Below are positions 24,497 to 37,602 of a stretch of 64,000 bases of DNA, piece by piece (the first letter of the stretch is position 1; every line of letters begins with the position of its first letter). The translations under genes were made by a program, and so were the position numbers. Below the pieces are notes generated by a model. That model worked only from the letters and a program-made list of their open reading frames with translations. It made no database searches and was not told the DNA's origin. Source of the stretch: Torpedo marmorata (Eukaryota); assembly GCA_977017645.1 (NCBI GenBank), contig OZ360243.1, positions 49,662,001 through 49,726,000 on the forward strand, read 5' to 3'.

Positions 24497-24664
24497 GGGA
24501 ATCTGGAGCTTTCCTTGCACAATGAGATTGAAAACCTCAAAGGCCAACTTCAGAAACAGGAAGAGAGTTATAAGACTCTGCAGGGAACTGCAGAGAGTAC
24601 GAAGGACCAGCTTCAGGCTTCCAGTGAATACTTGAAGCAGAAAGAAGCTGAATATGCACAAGAG
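24497..24664 (+). CDS. GOLGB1: giantin coding exon 4
   Basis: atag|GNLELSLHNEIENLKGQLQKQEE..KQKEAEYAQE|gtaaag; 168 nt. Confidence 0.88.
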
Positions 24665-24825
24665 GTAAAGACATTTTATTTCTGTGAAAGCATAGGTAGA
24701 GCACATGGTAAAAATCTATGCATCCTCAAGTATTCCGCGGAAAGGTGATGTGTGGGTCTTTTCCATTTCAGGTCACCATTTAAAAAGTTTTAAACATTAG
24801 ACGTCGAGAATTAATGATGACTTCA

Positions 24826-24995
24826 ATTAAATTTATTTCAACATAAAGCATGGTAACAGGCCCTTTCGGCCCACGAGCTCAAATACACCCAATTAACCTA
24901 CAACACAAAACTCCTTACAGACAGTGCCAGATTTGAACCCAGGTCACTGTCCCTGTAATAGCGTTATGCTAACCACTACGTTAACCATGCCACCC
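24826..24995 (-). mobile_element. V-SINE, internally deleted
   Basis: gcatggtaacaggccctttcggcccacgag..aaactccttacagacagtgcc..gctaaccactacgttaaccatgcc. Confidence 0.8.
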
Positions 24996-25120
24996 CAATG
25001 TTATGGTGTGCCAACAAATTTAAAAATAGAGCTTTCAAACAAATTTTACTTGGGACCCAATGATTCTTTCTGTAGCTCGTACTCAACTTATGATTGCATG
25101 TTCATTTTTTGTAACTATAG

Positions 25121-25243
25121 CTGCTGTCACTACGAGAGGTCATTCTGGAAAAGGATATACGATTCCAAGAGTGCATTCAGAAACACGAGGAGGAGCTTGT
25201 ACAGCTAACATCTGGCTCTGAGGTCAACAAAGATCTGCGCCAA
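25121..25243 (+). CDS. GOLGB1: giantin coding exon 5
   Basis: atag|LLSLREVILEKDIRFQECIQKHEEELVQLTSGSEVNKDLRQ|gtaggt; 123 nt. Confidence 0.9.
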
Positions 25244-25589
25244 GTAGGTGTTGCCTGAGTAATAATGAACTAATATTTACAGGACACTGACAGGGAAGGG
25301 AAAAGGCTGGATAAGAGAGTGAGAGTTAGCTTAACAGTAAAGATAGGTTATAAAGAATAGAAAATGCTCAGACTGAGCAAACATAAATTAGAGATAATCT
25401 GCCCCCGACAGTATTTATACTATTTATCAGTGATCTGAAGTTTTGATATTTTAGTTGGTCTAAATTTACTAATGCCACAAAGTTATGGGCATGGGTTAGA
25501 AAGAACATGTGTTCACAGGAACCTGTCAAGATGTTACAACTTGTTTTGTAGCCTCTTTGAAAGTGTAGAGTGGGAGCCAATTTGTGCCT

Positions 25590-25810
25590 AGCAAGTTCCT
25601 AAAACAGCAGTGACCAGATAATCTGCTGCAGTGATGTAGGCTGAGGAATACATGTTGATGAGAATGCCAGGGCAAACTCCTGCTCTTCAAAATTGAACAT
25701 GGAATCTTCTACATCCGTCTGACGGGCATGTATGAGGCTCTTGGTTTAATGTCTTATCCAAATGTCAATCTCTCAGACTGTGCAGCAAACCTGTAGTTCT
25801 GCACTGTAAT
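25590..25810 (-). mobile_element. old DeuSINE-like (SacSINE1/AmnSINE-type core) remnant
   Basis: tgaccagataatctg..aactcctgctcttc..catggaatcttctacatcc..ggtttaatgtcttatcc..gtgcagca..ctgcactg matches the recalled Deu-core pattern. Confidence 0.55.
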
Positions 25811-26409
25811 GTAACCCTGTATTGTACATCAAGATGAAAGTCCTACTGCAGAGTAACAGTTTGCAGATTGAATATTTCAAAAAGATTCAAACATGTAAAT
25901 GGACTGAGATGAGGAAAAATAGGATGGGAAACAGAAAGGGAAACAGTAGGTATGTGCACAACAGGGACGTACTGTATCTCCTAAAAAGAAATTGAGCCAT
26001 TTGAAGTCATTATCTAGCTGTTTGTGCAGGCATTTAGTCAGTGTGATAGAATTAGAAATGAAACCGATTCAAGTTCTGGGGCATAATGAGAATAGGCAAG
26101 AGTAATTTATTCTGCCGTTGCAGTGGGGCAAGGTTTATGCAGTTTTGATTCCCTAGACTTTAAGGGATGAAGATGACCAAGTTGTTCTGTGCTTGAGTTG
26201 GCTGAGTTATAAAAAGGCTGTTTTTATAAGTTCCATTCTGTTAATGTGATTTTCAGGATTGGTTTAAATTATAAATTTATTTATTCTCTCTCCGCTGCAA
26301 TAGTAATGCAACAATTTCTAGGGTTATTTTTTCAGATTTGCAACATTTGCAATTTTTTTTGTATATTTTCTATTTTGTTTCCAATATTGTGTGCTTTGTT
26401 TTACCTCAG

Positions 26410-26523
26410 ACTGTGAAATCTTTACAAATAAAGCTGGAAGAGAAGGAAGAGGCCTTATTGGGACGGGCCCGTGTGGTGGAGATGCTACAGCAGGAGCTGA
26501 ATAACTGTGATAGGGAGAAACAG
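26410..26523 (+). CDS. GOLGB1: giantin coding exon 6
   Basis: ctcag|TVKSLQIKLEEKEEALLGRARVVEMLQQELNNCDREKQ|gtattt; 114 nt. Confidence 0.92.
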
Positions 26524-27192
26524 GTATTTTAACCCATATTATCCAGAACTTACAGCTTTATTCAGAAGACTGTCATTTTCCATTTTCATCAATTAAACAT
26601 GAGGCTTAATTTTGAAGAGTATCAGGGAGGAAAATGTAAATCAGGATTGGATGTCATTGACAATTTGTCACCCAACCTTAATCACCTTGACAACTGAGCA
26701 GCTTACAATAGCATTCATAAGTTCATTTAAAATTAATCACGTTAGTGGGGAAATGTAGTTGGATAAAAGCTAGACTGATTAAGAGCAACAGTTTTCCTTT
26801 TAGAACATGAAAGGAACACTACGTTCAGTTAAGGGACCAACAAATTTACTGGTATCCTGCAGATGACTCAGTGATCTTGGTTATTTTCATTACATTCAGT
26901 TGCAAGGTATCTTTTCAAACTTTCGTAGGCAAAAAAAGAATGAGTTTGATAGGAAACTGATTTGAAAGCAGGGAGGATTCCCTAGTCTGTTGTCAAATAA
27001 ATAAAATTCTAAATGATTAATATTATTGTTCAGGAACTTCATTATCATTGCATCAAGGTATGACCATGGTGATAGAATATGAGTTATGTTGCCCTTGGAT
27101 TTGCGTCAACGCCTGCAGGAGATGCAAGAATAGTTCTCAAATGTGAAGTTTTGAAGCAGGAATTGATCATCTTGCCTGCCTGTTATCTTCAG

Positions 27193-27478
27193 GTTCTCAC
27201 AGAAAAGCTGCAAGATGCGGAGGCCAACTTTGCTACTTTACAAACTGCATTAAATCTGGAGAAACTGTCAACTGAGACGAAGCTGAGAGAGATGATGGAG
27301 AAACATGAGATGGAGTTAACAGAGAAAGATAGTACACTTGCACATCTGCAGCAGGCACTACAGAATGCACAGACATCCTGTGCTGAACTGACAGCACAAA
27401 GTCAGCAGTTGCAGACTGCAGTTGAAACCCGAGAGAAAATGTGTAAAGCCCTGACTGATGAAATGAAACAGTTACAAG
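27193..27478 (+). CDS. GOLGB1: giantin coding exon 7
   Basis: ttcag|VLTEKLQDAEAN..DEMKQLQ+g|gtgagg; 286 nt, ends in phase 1. Confidence 0.88.
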
Positions 27479-27511
27479 GTGAGGAAGTCAAATTTCATGT
27501 ACTTATTAAAT

Positions 27512-28170
27512 AAGAAACAAACTGCTGGAGGAACTCAGCAGCTCAAGCATTTTCTGTGTGGGGAGGGATGGTGGGGGGGAGGAATTGTCAGTGTGGGGAC
27601 CCTGCATCAGGACTGAGTGGAGAGGGAAGAGGCCAATATAAAGGAGAAGGAGTGAGATGTGGGCAAGTTTGTGACAGGTCAACCGAGGGCGGGTGAAGGA
27701 TGAGAGACAGAGGAAGACGGAAAGGGGTGGGATGGAATTGGGAGACAAATTTAGGTGAGTGATAGGTGGAAGCAGACAAAGATGTAGTAAGGTGGAGGGA
27801 GGGGATGATGAAAATGGAGGTCGCTGCTGGAGGGTGATAATCAAGAACACAAAGCTACCGGTGCTGGAAGCTGATCAGTAAAGAAGATGATAACGGGAAC
27901 CAAGGGGAGAAGTGAGGGCAGATGGAACCAGATGGGGAGGAGATCTCATTACCCATCAATGTGTGGGTAATAGGTGATGGAACCATGAGGGGGAGGGGGA
28001 GGAAAATGTATGACGGGAAGGTGGGGGAGTGTATGGGAAATGGGACAAAATGGAGGGTCATGGGTGCTTGGAAGTAAAGGTGAACACAGGAAGTGTTAAC
28101 AGAAATTAGAAAATTCAGTGTTCATACCATTGAGTTGTAAGATGCCCAGGCATGTTGTTCCTCTAGTTTG
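27512..28170 (-). mobile_element. older Penelope-like terminal-repeat remnant
   Basis: tgctggaggaactcagcagctcaagca end; decayed core on the minus strand (cagtcctgatgcagggtcccc); purine-rich body. Confidence 0.55.
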
Positions 28171-28556
28171 CGAAGGTCCTGTGGGCTGAATGGCCTGTTT
28201 CCTTGCTGTATGAGTGTGACTCTCAGTGACTCACTCATCCGGTCAGATGGCAACGTTGGAAAGTAAATCCAGATTTAATATTTCAGGTTGAAGACTTTGT
28301 TAGAATGGGAAAGAGATAAAACAAGTTAGTTTTAAGTTACAGAGAAGGTGGGGTGGACAGGGTAAAAAGAATGTCTCAGAGATATCTTCTTTGTCTTTGA
28401 AGAAGTCTTTTTTTTCGCATGTGGGATTTATTGCTTGATGTAGCATGTACTGAAATTAGCCTGTATATATTTTGCCAATCTTTTTGGAAGTACAATTTTC
28501 AGGACAAAACAGAGAGCAAAAATTATGGAAAACTTGCTTTTTATTTGCTCCTGCAG

Positions 28557-28660
28557 ATGGTGTGAAGAAAATTGAAGAACGTGAGCAATCAGAATCTCAC
28601 CTACAAAAGGAAACATCTGTCAGAATCCAAGAGCTTGAAGAAAAAATTCAATCAATACAG
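28557..28660 (+). CDS. GOLGB1: giantin coding exon 8
   Basis: ctgcag|at GVKKIEEREQSESHLQKETSVRIQELEEKIQSIQ|gtcaga; 104 nt, phase 1 to 0. Confidence 0.85.
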
Positions 28661-30036
28661 GTCAGATATCTATCACATGAAACAGTTTGGAAATGGTGGT
28701 GTGGGGGGACGAGACTGACAGATTGCTCTGCTGGAAGTGGTCACAGACTTAATGGTTGCATGACTGTTTTGTAATAATTGATTTGATGGTGAGTAGATTC
28801 AGTGATCCACTGACCTTGTACACCAGAAGGTGCGATACTTAGAATTCACAGTTGGGTACTTTAGGGACTGCTTCCTCACTGGTATCTTGCAGATGATTCA
28901 GTGATGGGTGCTTTGCACAATGTATGTATTGACTACATACATTGAGAACGAACATTCTCACTGTACCTCAATGCACATGACAATAAACTTAAACTACAAC
29001 AGTGTAAAACAAGGCAGTAGAGACCAGGAAGCCCCCAGTTTCGATCTCTGCTCTTAGCTAAGTTTTCTCATCTCATGTTATGAGCTGGTGGGGCGATGGA
29101 GCTGGACACAGCTGCTGGTACAGCAGGCAAATGATAGCTCAGTGAGGTGTCTTGCTGGAGGGTGTATTGATATGTGTAGTAATGCAGCTAAGGCAGAATT
29201 AGATCCAGCTGTAATGCCTCTGGTTGTTTTACTGCTCTAGGTTGCACGCACAGAGTGTCCTCTTGAGTTACTGGATGGTGTGAGTGGAAAGTACTCCCTG
29301 GAGACTGAGAGATTGGAGAGGTGGAAATGATGTAACTGAAATATTAGTGCTTAATGTCTCCCAGTACTGGTATGATGTAACAGAAGAGGTTGCCAGCTAA
29401 TGTGAAATGGAATTTTTCTGAATGTTCAGTTGCAAATGAATCAGCTCACACCCATGTGCCTTGCAACCAGCGTTCACTTCCTTTTCTCTTTCTTTCTCCC
29501 TTTATTTCTATTTGTTGTGTTTTTTGCTCTGCAGGATCTATCAATGGCCAGCTCCAAAACAAAACAAATGCGTATTCATGACAATGAGGAATGTCCTTTG
29601 GGAATTGATCATTGCTTTTCTGATAACTGGAAACTTTACCATTGCATTGTCCTTCCATTGCATCCTGCACCCCCACCTTGCAGTTGGATGTTCCCCACAT
29701 TCACCAGGTCAAATCCTTTCCTGACAATACTGATACCCAGTGGAGCATGACTGCATGGTACTGACTGCATTGTTGTACTTTCCCCCTTTTTGTGCATGAG
29801 GCTGGGAGTCTGCATTTTGGTTGACTGATAGAAAACATCACAGCTGATTATGATCCTGTCCTTATCCAAAATCCACCCACTGACACGCTGCAGCAGGAGT
29901 TAGTGAAAGAAGTGGAAACTCCAGAGAGTGGAATCCAACTGTAGCATCCCAACCAAGCTTAGCTAACCCAGGATAATTCAGTGCTCAAAAGTCTCCTGTT
30001 ATTAGCTCATTCTGGAGTGCTTTTGGGAGCTGTTTA

Positions 30037-30395
30037 GAACATAGAATATAGAACATTACAGCACAATGCAGGCCCTTCGGCCCACAATGTTGTGCCAACC
30101 CATATATACCTACCAAAAAAAAACGAAACCCTCCCTACCTAACCCTCTATTTTTCTTTCATCCATGTGCCTGTCTAAGAGTCTCTATTGTTCCAACCTCC
30201 ACCACCACCCCTGGCAATGCATTCCAGGCACCCACAACACTGTGTTTTTAAAAAAAACCATAATTTCTCCCCTAAACTTTCCTCCCTTTACTTTGCACAG
30301 ATATCCTCTGGTGTTTGGTACTCCTGCCCTGGGAAAAGGTGCTGTCTGTCTACCTCATCTATGCCTCTCATAATCTAGTAGACCTTTATTAAGTC
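30037..30395 (-). mobile_element. CR1 LINE 3' fragment
   Basis: gaacattacagcacaatgcaggcccttcggcccac..ggcaatgcattccaggcaccc..tctatgcctctcataat. Confidence 0.8.
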
Positions 30396-30397
30396 AT

Positions 30398-30660
30398 GGG
30401 CGGCACGGTTGGCGTAGCGGTTAGCGCAACGCTGTTACAGTGCCAGTGATCGGCACTGGGGTTCGAATCCCGCTCTGTCTGTAAGGAGTTTGTATGTTCT
30501 CCCCGTGTCTGTGTGGGTTTTCCCCGGGGGCTCCGGTTTCCTCCCACCATTCAAACCGTACTGGGGGTGTAGGTTAATTGGGTGTAAATTGGGCGGCACG
30601 GACTCATGGGCCGAAATGGCCTGTTACTGTGCTGTATGTCAAAATTTAAATAAATTTAAT
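30398..30660 (+). mobile_element. V-SINE, full length
   Basis: gggcggcacggttggcgtagcggttagcgcaacg..ggttcgaatcc..tail. Confidence 0.92.
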
Positions 30661-31254
30661 TGTACCTTTTTGATGCCTCTGAAAATTAATGCATTGAGTT
30701 TGTTATCATTCAAGATATTGAGGCTTTATTGGATGTCTCCTGTCTTTGTGCTTTTTCTGGTGAATTCGCTTGGTATTTTGTAGAGATTAATGCAATACAC
30801 ATTCACTATTTCCAAGTACTTTAAATCACATGGAGACCTATATTACAGCCTCAAACCTGCATCCAAGGAGCTATTTCCGTACACTGATTAAGCCTTAAGC
30901 AGCTTGGGCTGTAAACTGTTCCTGCACCACTACTTATGTCTCAGTCAAGTGTTAATATTGATTAAGTAGCTGCTGAGTGCTGCAAAGTACAATAATCCAA
31001 TGGCACACTGAGCCCAAATATTTTATTGTACCCACTGTTATTTGTGTGTACTTCATTTGCCATTACTGCTCCCAGACCAGAATTCACTTGATCCCTTCCT
31101 GCTTTCTTTCTTAACAAAGTGCATCTCTCAACTTTTCCTTGCACTTGGTCCTTTTACGTCAGTCACCCTTCAGCTCTCTGTTTTACTTTTTGTCCCTTTA
31201 TTCTCTGGTGACCTGTGCACCTTACCTTTCTTGTTTATGCCATTTGAAGGCATT

Positions 31255-31462
31255 TAATTTAATTTGAATTTTTAATTTAGACATACAGCATGGTAACAGT
31301 CCCACGAACCTGTGTCGCCCAATTAACCTACAACCCCCATACATTTCCAATGGGAGGAAACCCACGCAGACATGGGGAGAACGTACAAACTCCTTACAGA
31401 CAGCGCCGGATTCGAACCCGGGTTACTGGTGATGTAATATCGTTGCGCTAACCGTGCCACCC
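31255..31462 (-). mobile_element. V-SINE, internally deleted
   Basis: tttagacatacagcatggtaacag..aactccttacagacagcgccggattcgaaccc..cgttgcgctaaccgtgcc. Confidence 0.85.
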
Positions 31463-31827
31463 ACATGTTCAGCCATCTTCTCCCTAATCTCTTTCAAAGC
31501 TCCTTACCTATAAGTTTCTTTCATTACCTTTAAAATCCTTCTTAAATTTGTGTCCTTCTCTTCTGACCCCTCGACTGCATGTGTTAAATATTTGTTTCTC
31601 TTTGACCACTGTAGGACTTATTCTAAGGATTAGTTCAGGTGGACAGTAAGTTTTTGGTGCTTTTATTACCACTTCTGGATTGTAGATGGTCAAGAGGGCA
31701 TAGAAAATTTCATATGTGCATAGTTTAAAAAAAAAAGTTCAATTGACTGCTGGATGGATACTCCCAGTGTCTGAAATAGAGGAAGTTGCTTAATTATCGG
31801 GAGATATCACTAACTGGGATTCACAAG

Positions 31828-32756
31828 AGCATAAGATATAGGAGCAGAAGTAGGCCCATTGGCCCATCAAGTCTGCTCCACCATTTTAATCATGAGCTGA
31901 TCCATTCTCCCCGTAACCCTTGATGCCCTGACTAATGAAATACCTGTCAATCTCTGCCTTAACTACACCCAATGACCTTGCTTCCATAGCCGCCTGTGGC
32001 AACAAGTTCCACAGACTCACGACTCTCTGACTAAAGAAAATTTTCTGTGTCTCTGTTTTAAATTAAATTAAATTTAAGGGCGGCACGGTTGGCATAGTGG
32101 TTAGCGCAACGCCTTTACAGCACCAGCGATCGGGACCAGACCGGGGTTTGAATCCCGCACTCTCTGTAAGGAGTTTGTATGTTTTCCCCTGTCTGCGTGG
32201 GTTTTCTCCGGGGTCTCCGGTTTCCTCCCACCATTCAAAACGTACCGGGAGTGTAGGTTAATGGGGTGTAAATTGGGCAGCACGGACTCGTGGGCTGAAA
32301 TGGCCTGTTACCGTGCTGTATGTCTTTTTAAAAAAAAATTTAAAAAAAAATTTAATTGATGCCCTTCTATCCTGAAGTTGTGCCCTCTTGTCCTTGACTC
32401 CCCTACCATGGGAAACATCCTTGCCACATCTAATCTCTCCAGGACTTCCAGAGAACTCGAAATGTCTTCATGAGGTCCCCCCTCATTCTTCTGTACTCCA
32501 ACGAGTAAAGTCCAAGAGCCGACAAATGTTCCTCATATGCTAACCCTTTTATTCCTGGTATCATTCTAGTAAATCTTCTCTGAACCCTCTCCAACTCCAG
32601 CACGTCTATTCTCATATAAGGTGCCCAAAACTGTACACAGTACTCCAAGTGAGGTCTCACCAGTGCTTTATCGAGTCTCAACATTACATTCCTGCTCTTA
32701 TATGCTATTCCTCTAGAAATGAACGGCAACATTGCATTCACCTTCTTCACCACTGT
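31828..32756 (-). mobile_element. CR1 LINE 3' fragment with nested SINE
   Basis: VKKVNAMLPFISRGIAYKS..LVRPHLEYCVQFWAPY..VQRRFTRMIPG; tail ataggagcagaagtaggcc. Confidence 0.88.
32078..32355 (+). mobile_element. V-SINE, full length, inserted in CR1
   Basis: gggcggcacggttggcatagtggttagcgcaacg..tail. Confidence 0.9.
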
Positions 32757-32974
32757 CTCAAGTTAGGTTTGAATGCTTTCTTTCTGCATAGAAGGTTCCA
32801 TGTTTCTGTTGCATGAGTCTTCTACAAATTAGTGATTTTAGGACTATATTACTGCATGCATTTTGCCTGATGTTGATTGTAGCAGTGCCTGTCTTGGTCA
32901 CCAATTACTCCATTTTAGTCTTCCACCACGAACACTGCCTGCAATTCATTTTCTGATCCCATGCATTCTTCTAC

Positions 32975-33280
32975 ATGAGTGCTGAATGAACTCAGCGGAT
33001 CAGGCAGCATCCGTGGAAAGCAAAGGACAGTCGACATTTCGGTCTGAACACCCTTCATTGGGAATGGAAGATCTGGGCGGAGGCTCGAATAAAAGGGTGG
33101 CGGGTGAGAAGCACAGGCTGGCAAGTGATAGGTGAATACATGCGGCAGGGGGAAGAATAGAAAGGAGAAGAGCGCTGAGAAAAATGCTCTCTGATAGCAG
33201 GAAAGGGGTGGGGAGCTGGAAGAAGGAAAATATAGGTGACAGGAAGGGAGGGGAGGGGAGAGAGAAGGAAAATAACTTTC
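32975..33280 (-). mobile_element. older Penelope-like terminal-repeat remnant
   Basis: gaactcagcggatcaggcagcatc..gtcgacatttcggtctgaacacccttcatt (decayed hammerhead on the minus strand). Confidence 0.55.
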
Positions 33281-33284
33281 AAAT

Positions 33285-33327
<43 letters not shown>

Positions 33328-33791
33328 GAAGACAAGCTCTTTGTCTAATTCTCCCCTTAAATTGATCATCTTCCCATTGTGCATTGCTATAGAAAATCAA
33401 AACCATATCATTTATATATTTCATCTTTCTCTGAACTTACTCCTGATGTAATTTCTGGTCAGAACTTTAATCCAATATTCCCTGTCAAAACTGCCTGTGA
33501 AAACATTTAGAATAGAACTTATACATGTAAACTGTTGTCTACAATAATGGTGTTTCAGGCCTGAGCCAAGGGATGAAGGAAGCCCTGAGGCAAACTTTGC
33601 AGAAGCATATGTCATCTTCATGAATATCAAAAGGAACTGATACTTGACAACTGACTGGGAAGCAATGTGTTTCCTGAAAAATAAATCATAATGTAGATGT
33701 TCTAAAATAATATTTTTTCAGATTATGTCTCATCCAGTAATTTTTGTTTTGTTGTGTTTCTACTATTCAATCCTATCCCTTCATTATCAAG

Positions 33792-33906
33792 ACCACTGCC
33801 AATGAACAGGTGGTAACCTCTCAGAACAGATTGGCTGAGCTAGAGGAGGAGAAGGGAAGCCTATTGTGGAGGATAGTAGACTATGAGGAGGTCAAGACTG
33901 AAAATG
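33792..33906 (+). CDS. GOLGB1: giantin coding exon 9
   Basis: caag|TTANEQVVTSQNRLAELEEEKGSLLWRIVDYEEVKTEN+g|gtaaat; resembles giantin QKRVVELENEKGALLL..EELKAEN; alternative in-frame acceptor at 33809. Confidence 0.85.
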
Positions 33907-34194
33907 GTAAATGTATTTTTTTGGAATGGAGTCTTAAACTCTCAACATAGATGGTTGTATAGATTTTATCTTGCTAATGTTGGTTAAAGGAGCTTGTTGC
34001 TTGAACACCTTGCTCCCCTAATAGTGTCATTAAATAAAACAGTAGGAGAGCATTTATTGCCTGTGTGTTATTTTGCCCATGGGAATACTACAGTCTCTTT
34101 AAATGCACAGAGAATTACTTTCTCCATAGAGCCTGTGAGATGTGACCCAGCACCTGCTTGTGCAGAGGTTATGAGAGCAGCGTGTGGTGAAGGA

Positions 34195-34876
34195 CAAGTC
34201 AAGTCACCTTTATTAGTCGTTCATACCATAACCACTAATGCAATACACAGTAAAGACGAGATAGCGTTTCTCCATGAGCAAATTTACATAAATAGAAGTT
34301 AAATATTAAGTCACAATACAATAAAAAATCTATGATATGCTAATACACATATATTTCTAAAAATTGAGGAGCCTGATGGCTTGGGGGAAAAAACTGTTGC
34401 ACAATCTGGACGTGTGAGCCTGAATGCTACGATACCTCCTTCCAGATGGCAGAAGGGAGAAAAGTTTACAAGAGCGGTGTGAGAAGTCCTTCACAATGTT
34501 ATTTGCCTTCCGCATGCATCGTGTGTTGTAGATGTCCGTCATGGTAGGAAGAAAGACCCCAATAATTTTCTCCGCTGACCCCACTATCCTCTGCAGGGTC
34601 TTACGGTCTGAGATGGTACAGTTTCCAAACCAAGCAGTGATGCAATTGCTCAGAATACTCTCAATACATCCTCTGTATAATGTGGTAAGGATGGAGGGTG
34701 GGAGATGAACTTTCCTCAGCCTTCGCAGGAAGTAGAGGCGCTGCTGGGCTTTCTTGGCTATGGAGCTGGTGTTGAGGGACCAGGTGAGATTCTCCGCCAA
34801 GTGCACACCAAGAAACTTGGTACTCTTGACGACCTCAACGGTAGAGCCGTCAATGGTCAGTGGAGAATGATCCCCA
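34195..34876 (-). mobile_element. Rex1/Babar-clade LINE 3' fragment
   Basis: [49 protein letters not shown]; aataaa plus (gactt)n tail. Confidence 0.88.
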
Positions 34877-35986
34877 CAGTGGAGAGGAATTGAATAATCT
34901 ATTTCAAAACGTATGATGCTGCAAATCAGAGTGCTGTAACACACTCTATTCATTTGTAGAAAATCAAAAAACTGAAAAATACTGGAAACATTTGACAGGT
35001 CAGGCAAGTTTTATGAAAGGAGAAATAGCTAATGCTTTAGTTCTCTAACCCTTCCGAACAGAGAAAGAGACAAAAACAAATTAGTTTTCATGGGAGAGAA
35101 GGTAGGAGAGGGATGAGTAGAACACAGGGATAGGTGAGTCCAAATAGGTTAATGGTGGCTGTTACCAGCACATTAAACTACTTTATCTGTGTAACATGTT
35201 GTAAATGGCAGGGCCATGGAATGTGCCCAGCAGCCAGACTATACAATGGAATAAGAAAAGCAGAGCCATCATGGTGTCAAGAAGAAATGGCCAGTTTTGG
35301 TACAGACCGAGAGAATAAGTGAGCTTCCTAAAGTTCAAGAAGTTGATGGTGAGTGAGAAGGCTGTAACGTGCCGCGATGGTTCCTGAAGCTTCCATTGGA
35401 CCTTGTTGTAGGATTGCAAGGTTTTAAAGTGCACATAAGACACTTAATGTGTTGGTAACTTTCACCCATTTGGCCATGTTTTATCATGGATTTTCCCTTT
35501 GTTCTCCCCATCTCTCCCCCACCTTTTCTCCTCCTGAAAACTAACTTTACCTTCTCTCTTTTTGAGTTCAGTCGAAGGGTCCCAGATCTGAAAAATTAAC
35601 CGTTTCTCCTTCTGCAGATACTGGGCTGACCTGCGGAGTATTTCCAACATGTTTTGTGTTCAATACCATTCATTTCAGCACTGTGTGTTGCAAAACACAA
35701 TTGGTGTCAAATATCATGCCTTGCATGCATTGCCCTAGTCTCTTCCTTAATGTATGGGATTGAACAGGTGATGGATGCAGTAGACTGATTTCTGCTTAGA
35801 TATGGCAAACTGGATGCCTGCTTTCTATTTATTCAAAATGATAAATCTGTATTAAGGTGAGAACTAGTGATACTTAAGTTACTGTTTACCATTCAATTTA
35901 TTGTCCTGGAATGATTGGATCTTGAATTGAAATGTGTTATTAAAAATAGATGCTGGAACTGAAGGGCTGTTCATTTGTGATCCTAG

Positions 35987-36066
35987 AACGTCTGCGAGCC
36001 ATGGTTGAAGAACTTGAACAGCGTGGGGCTATGATGTTGGCTCAGCCCATTGAAAAATGTATTCAG
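35987..36066 (+). CDS. GOLGB1: giantin coding exon 10
   Basis: cctag|aa RLRAMVEELEQRGAMMLAQPIEKCIQ|gtacag; 80 nt, phase 1 to 0. Confidence 0.8.
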
Positions 36067-36267
36067 GTACAGGATGGGAAATGGCAAATATGATAACTTT
36101 TTTCAAAAGGGGGTGTAAAATATACCTGCTGACTACAGGCCAGTTGGTTTAACCTCAGCATGGAAAAGCTTTTAGAAACAATTACCAGCATAAGCTAGCA
36201 TGTCAATTCAATTCTAGTCATCTCATTTTTGGAAGGGTGTGAAGGTCCTACAGAGAATGCAAACAAG

Positions 36268-36422
36268 GTTAGCGCAACGCTTTACAGCGCCAGCGATCGG
36301 GACCGGACTGGGGTTCGAATCCCGTGCTGTCTGTAAGGAGTTTGTACGTTCTCCCTGTGTCTGCGTGGGTTTTCTCTGGGGGCTCCGGTTTCCTCCCACC
36401 GTTCAAAATGTACCGGGGGTGT
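36268..36422 (+). mobile_element. V-SINE 5' half (split by LTR element)
   Basis: Ends ..gtaccgggggtgt; resumes at 39543. Confidence 0.9.
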
Positions 36423-37584
36423 TGTGATGAATGTACTATGATTAATCTTTAGTTTAATGTTAAAAGTATATTTCATCTAGATATGGCTTAGTAAGTTAGT
36501 TTTGGGTGGTTTCAGGGGCACAAAGACAACACATTTGCATTTTAAACACACATGGTTCTTTCAGATGGCAGATGGCCATTTGCAGAGACGGAATGTCTGC
36601 TGATTGCAGTTGAAGCCAAGAGATGAAAGGCTTTATGATGGTTCTTGAGATATTGAAAACAATAGGTGTTGGCTCAGAAGCACCTGAGTAAACGCATAGC
36701 CATTTTGCTCCCATGTGGACAGACATCACGGAGGCATATTCTCATTAACTTTTGGAGAAGTTGGAACTTCAAACACTCAGGAAAATACTTGGTCAAACGC
36801 AGGAAGGTATAAGTGAACAGAGATGCTTTTAGCACATAAGTGTGAAGAAGACATTATGAACTTCAAAGACAGAAATGATGTCACATACCATGTGACATGA
36901 GAGATTTGCAAGAAATATATTATCGAAATCAGAGACAAAGGGGTCAGTTGAAGAGAACTTGCCGTCCTGTTGAGACACAGGATTGATAAAGCAGCAATAT
37001 TTCCTTTGTAGAAGGAAAGTTGCCTGTGCTCTCCTTAATAAAAGGAGGAACACCAAAAGTGACATTTTAAAAGAAATATCCACTCCGACTGCCTCTAATT
37101 AAAGAGGGCAGCCTCGTATGTTACTTTTAATGAAGAAAGAAATCATCGTGGAAAACAGACTCCGGAACACTTAGAGGGAGTTTGTAAAATCACTCGTATG
37201 AAGGAATATCTCTCTGAAAGACAACTCATCAAAAGACTTGAGTTTAAAAGATCCGAAGACATGACATGTAAGAGCGCCTCATAATTAATTCTGAACTGCG
37301 ATTTAAAGAATCTTCAAGCAACACAATGTTGAAGTTTAAAATGGACTTTTCAGAATCAAGTTCAAACTGTAATGGTTTGGATTCTTAACACACACACATA
37401 CATATTTACATTTGCGCATAGTGGGGTTTAAGTTAGAGTTAAGTTTAGAGATAAGTAAGAAATGTTATGTTACTAATAGTTTAATAAAAACTATTATTTT
37501 GAATTTACCATTGTCTGGTGAATTTTCCATTGCTGTTCCTTTGTTAGTACTGTACTAGCAAGGTTTGTTAGTTCGTAACAAAAT

Positions 37585-37602
37585 TGGGGGCTCGTCGGGG
37601 TT
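37585..37602 (+). promoter_or_regulatory. primer-binding site, tRNA-Pro type
   Basis: tgggggctcgtcggggtt versus canonical TGGGGGCTCGTCCGGGAT (16/18), 4 nt after the LTR end. Confidence 0.8.
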
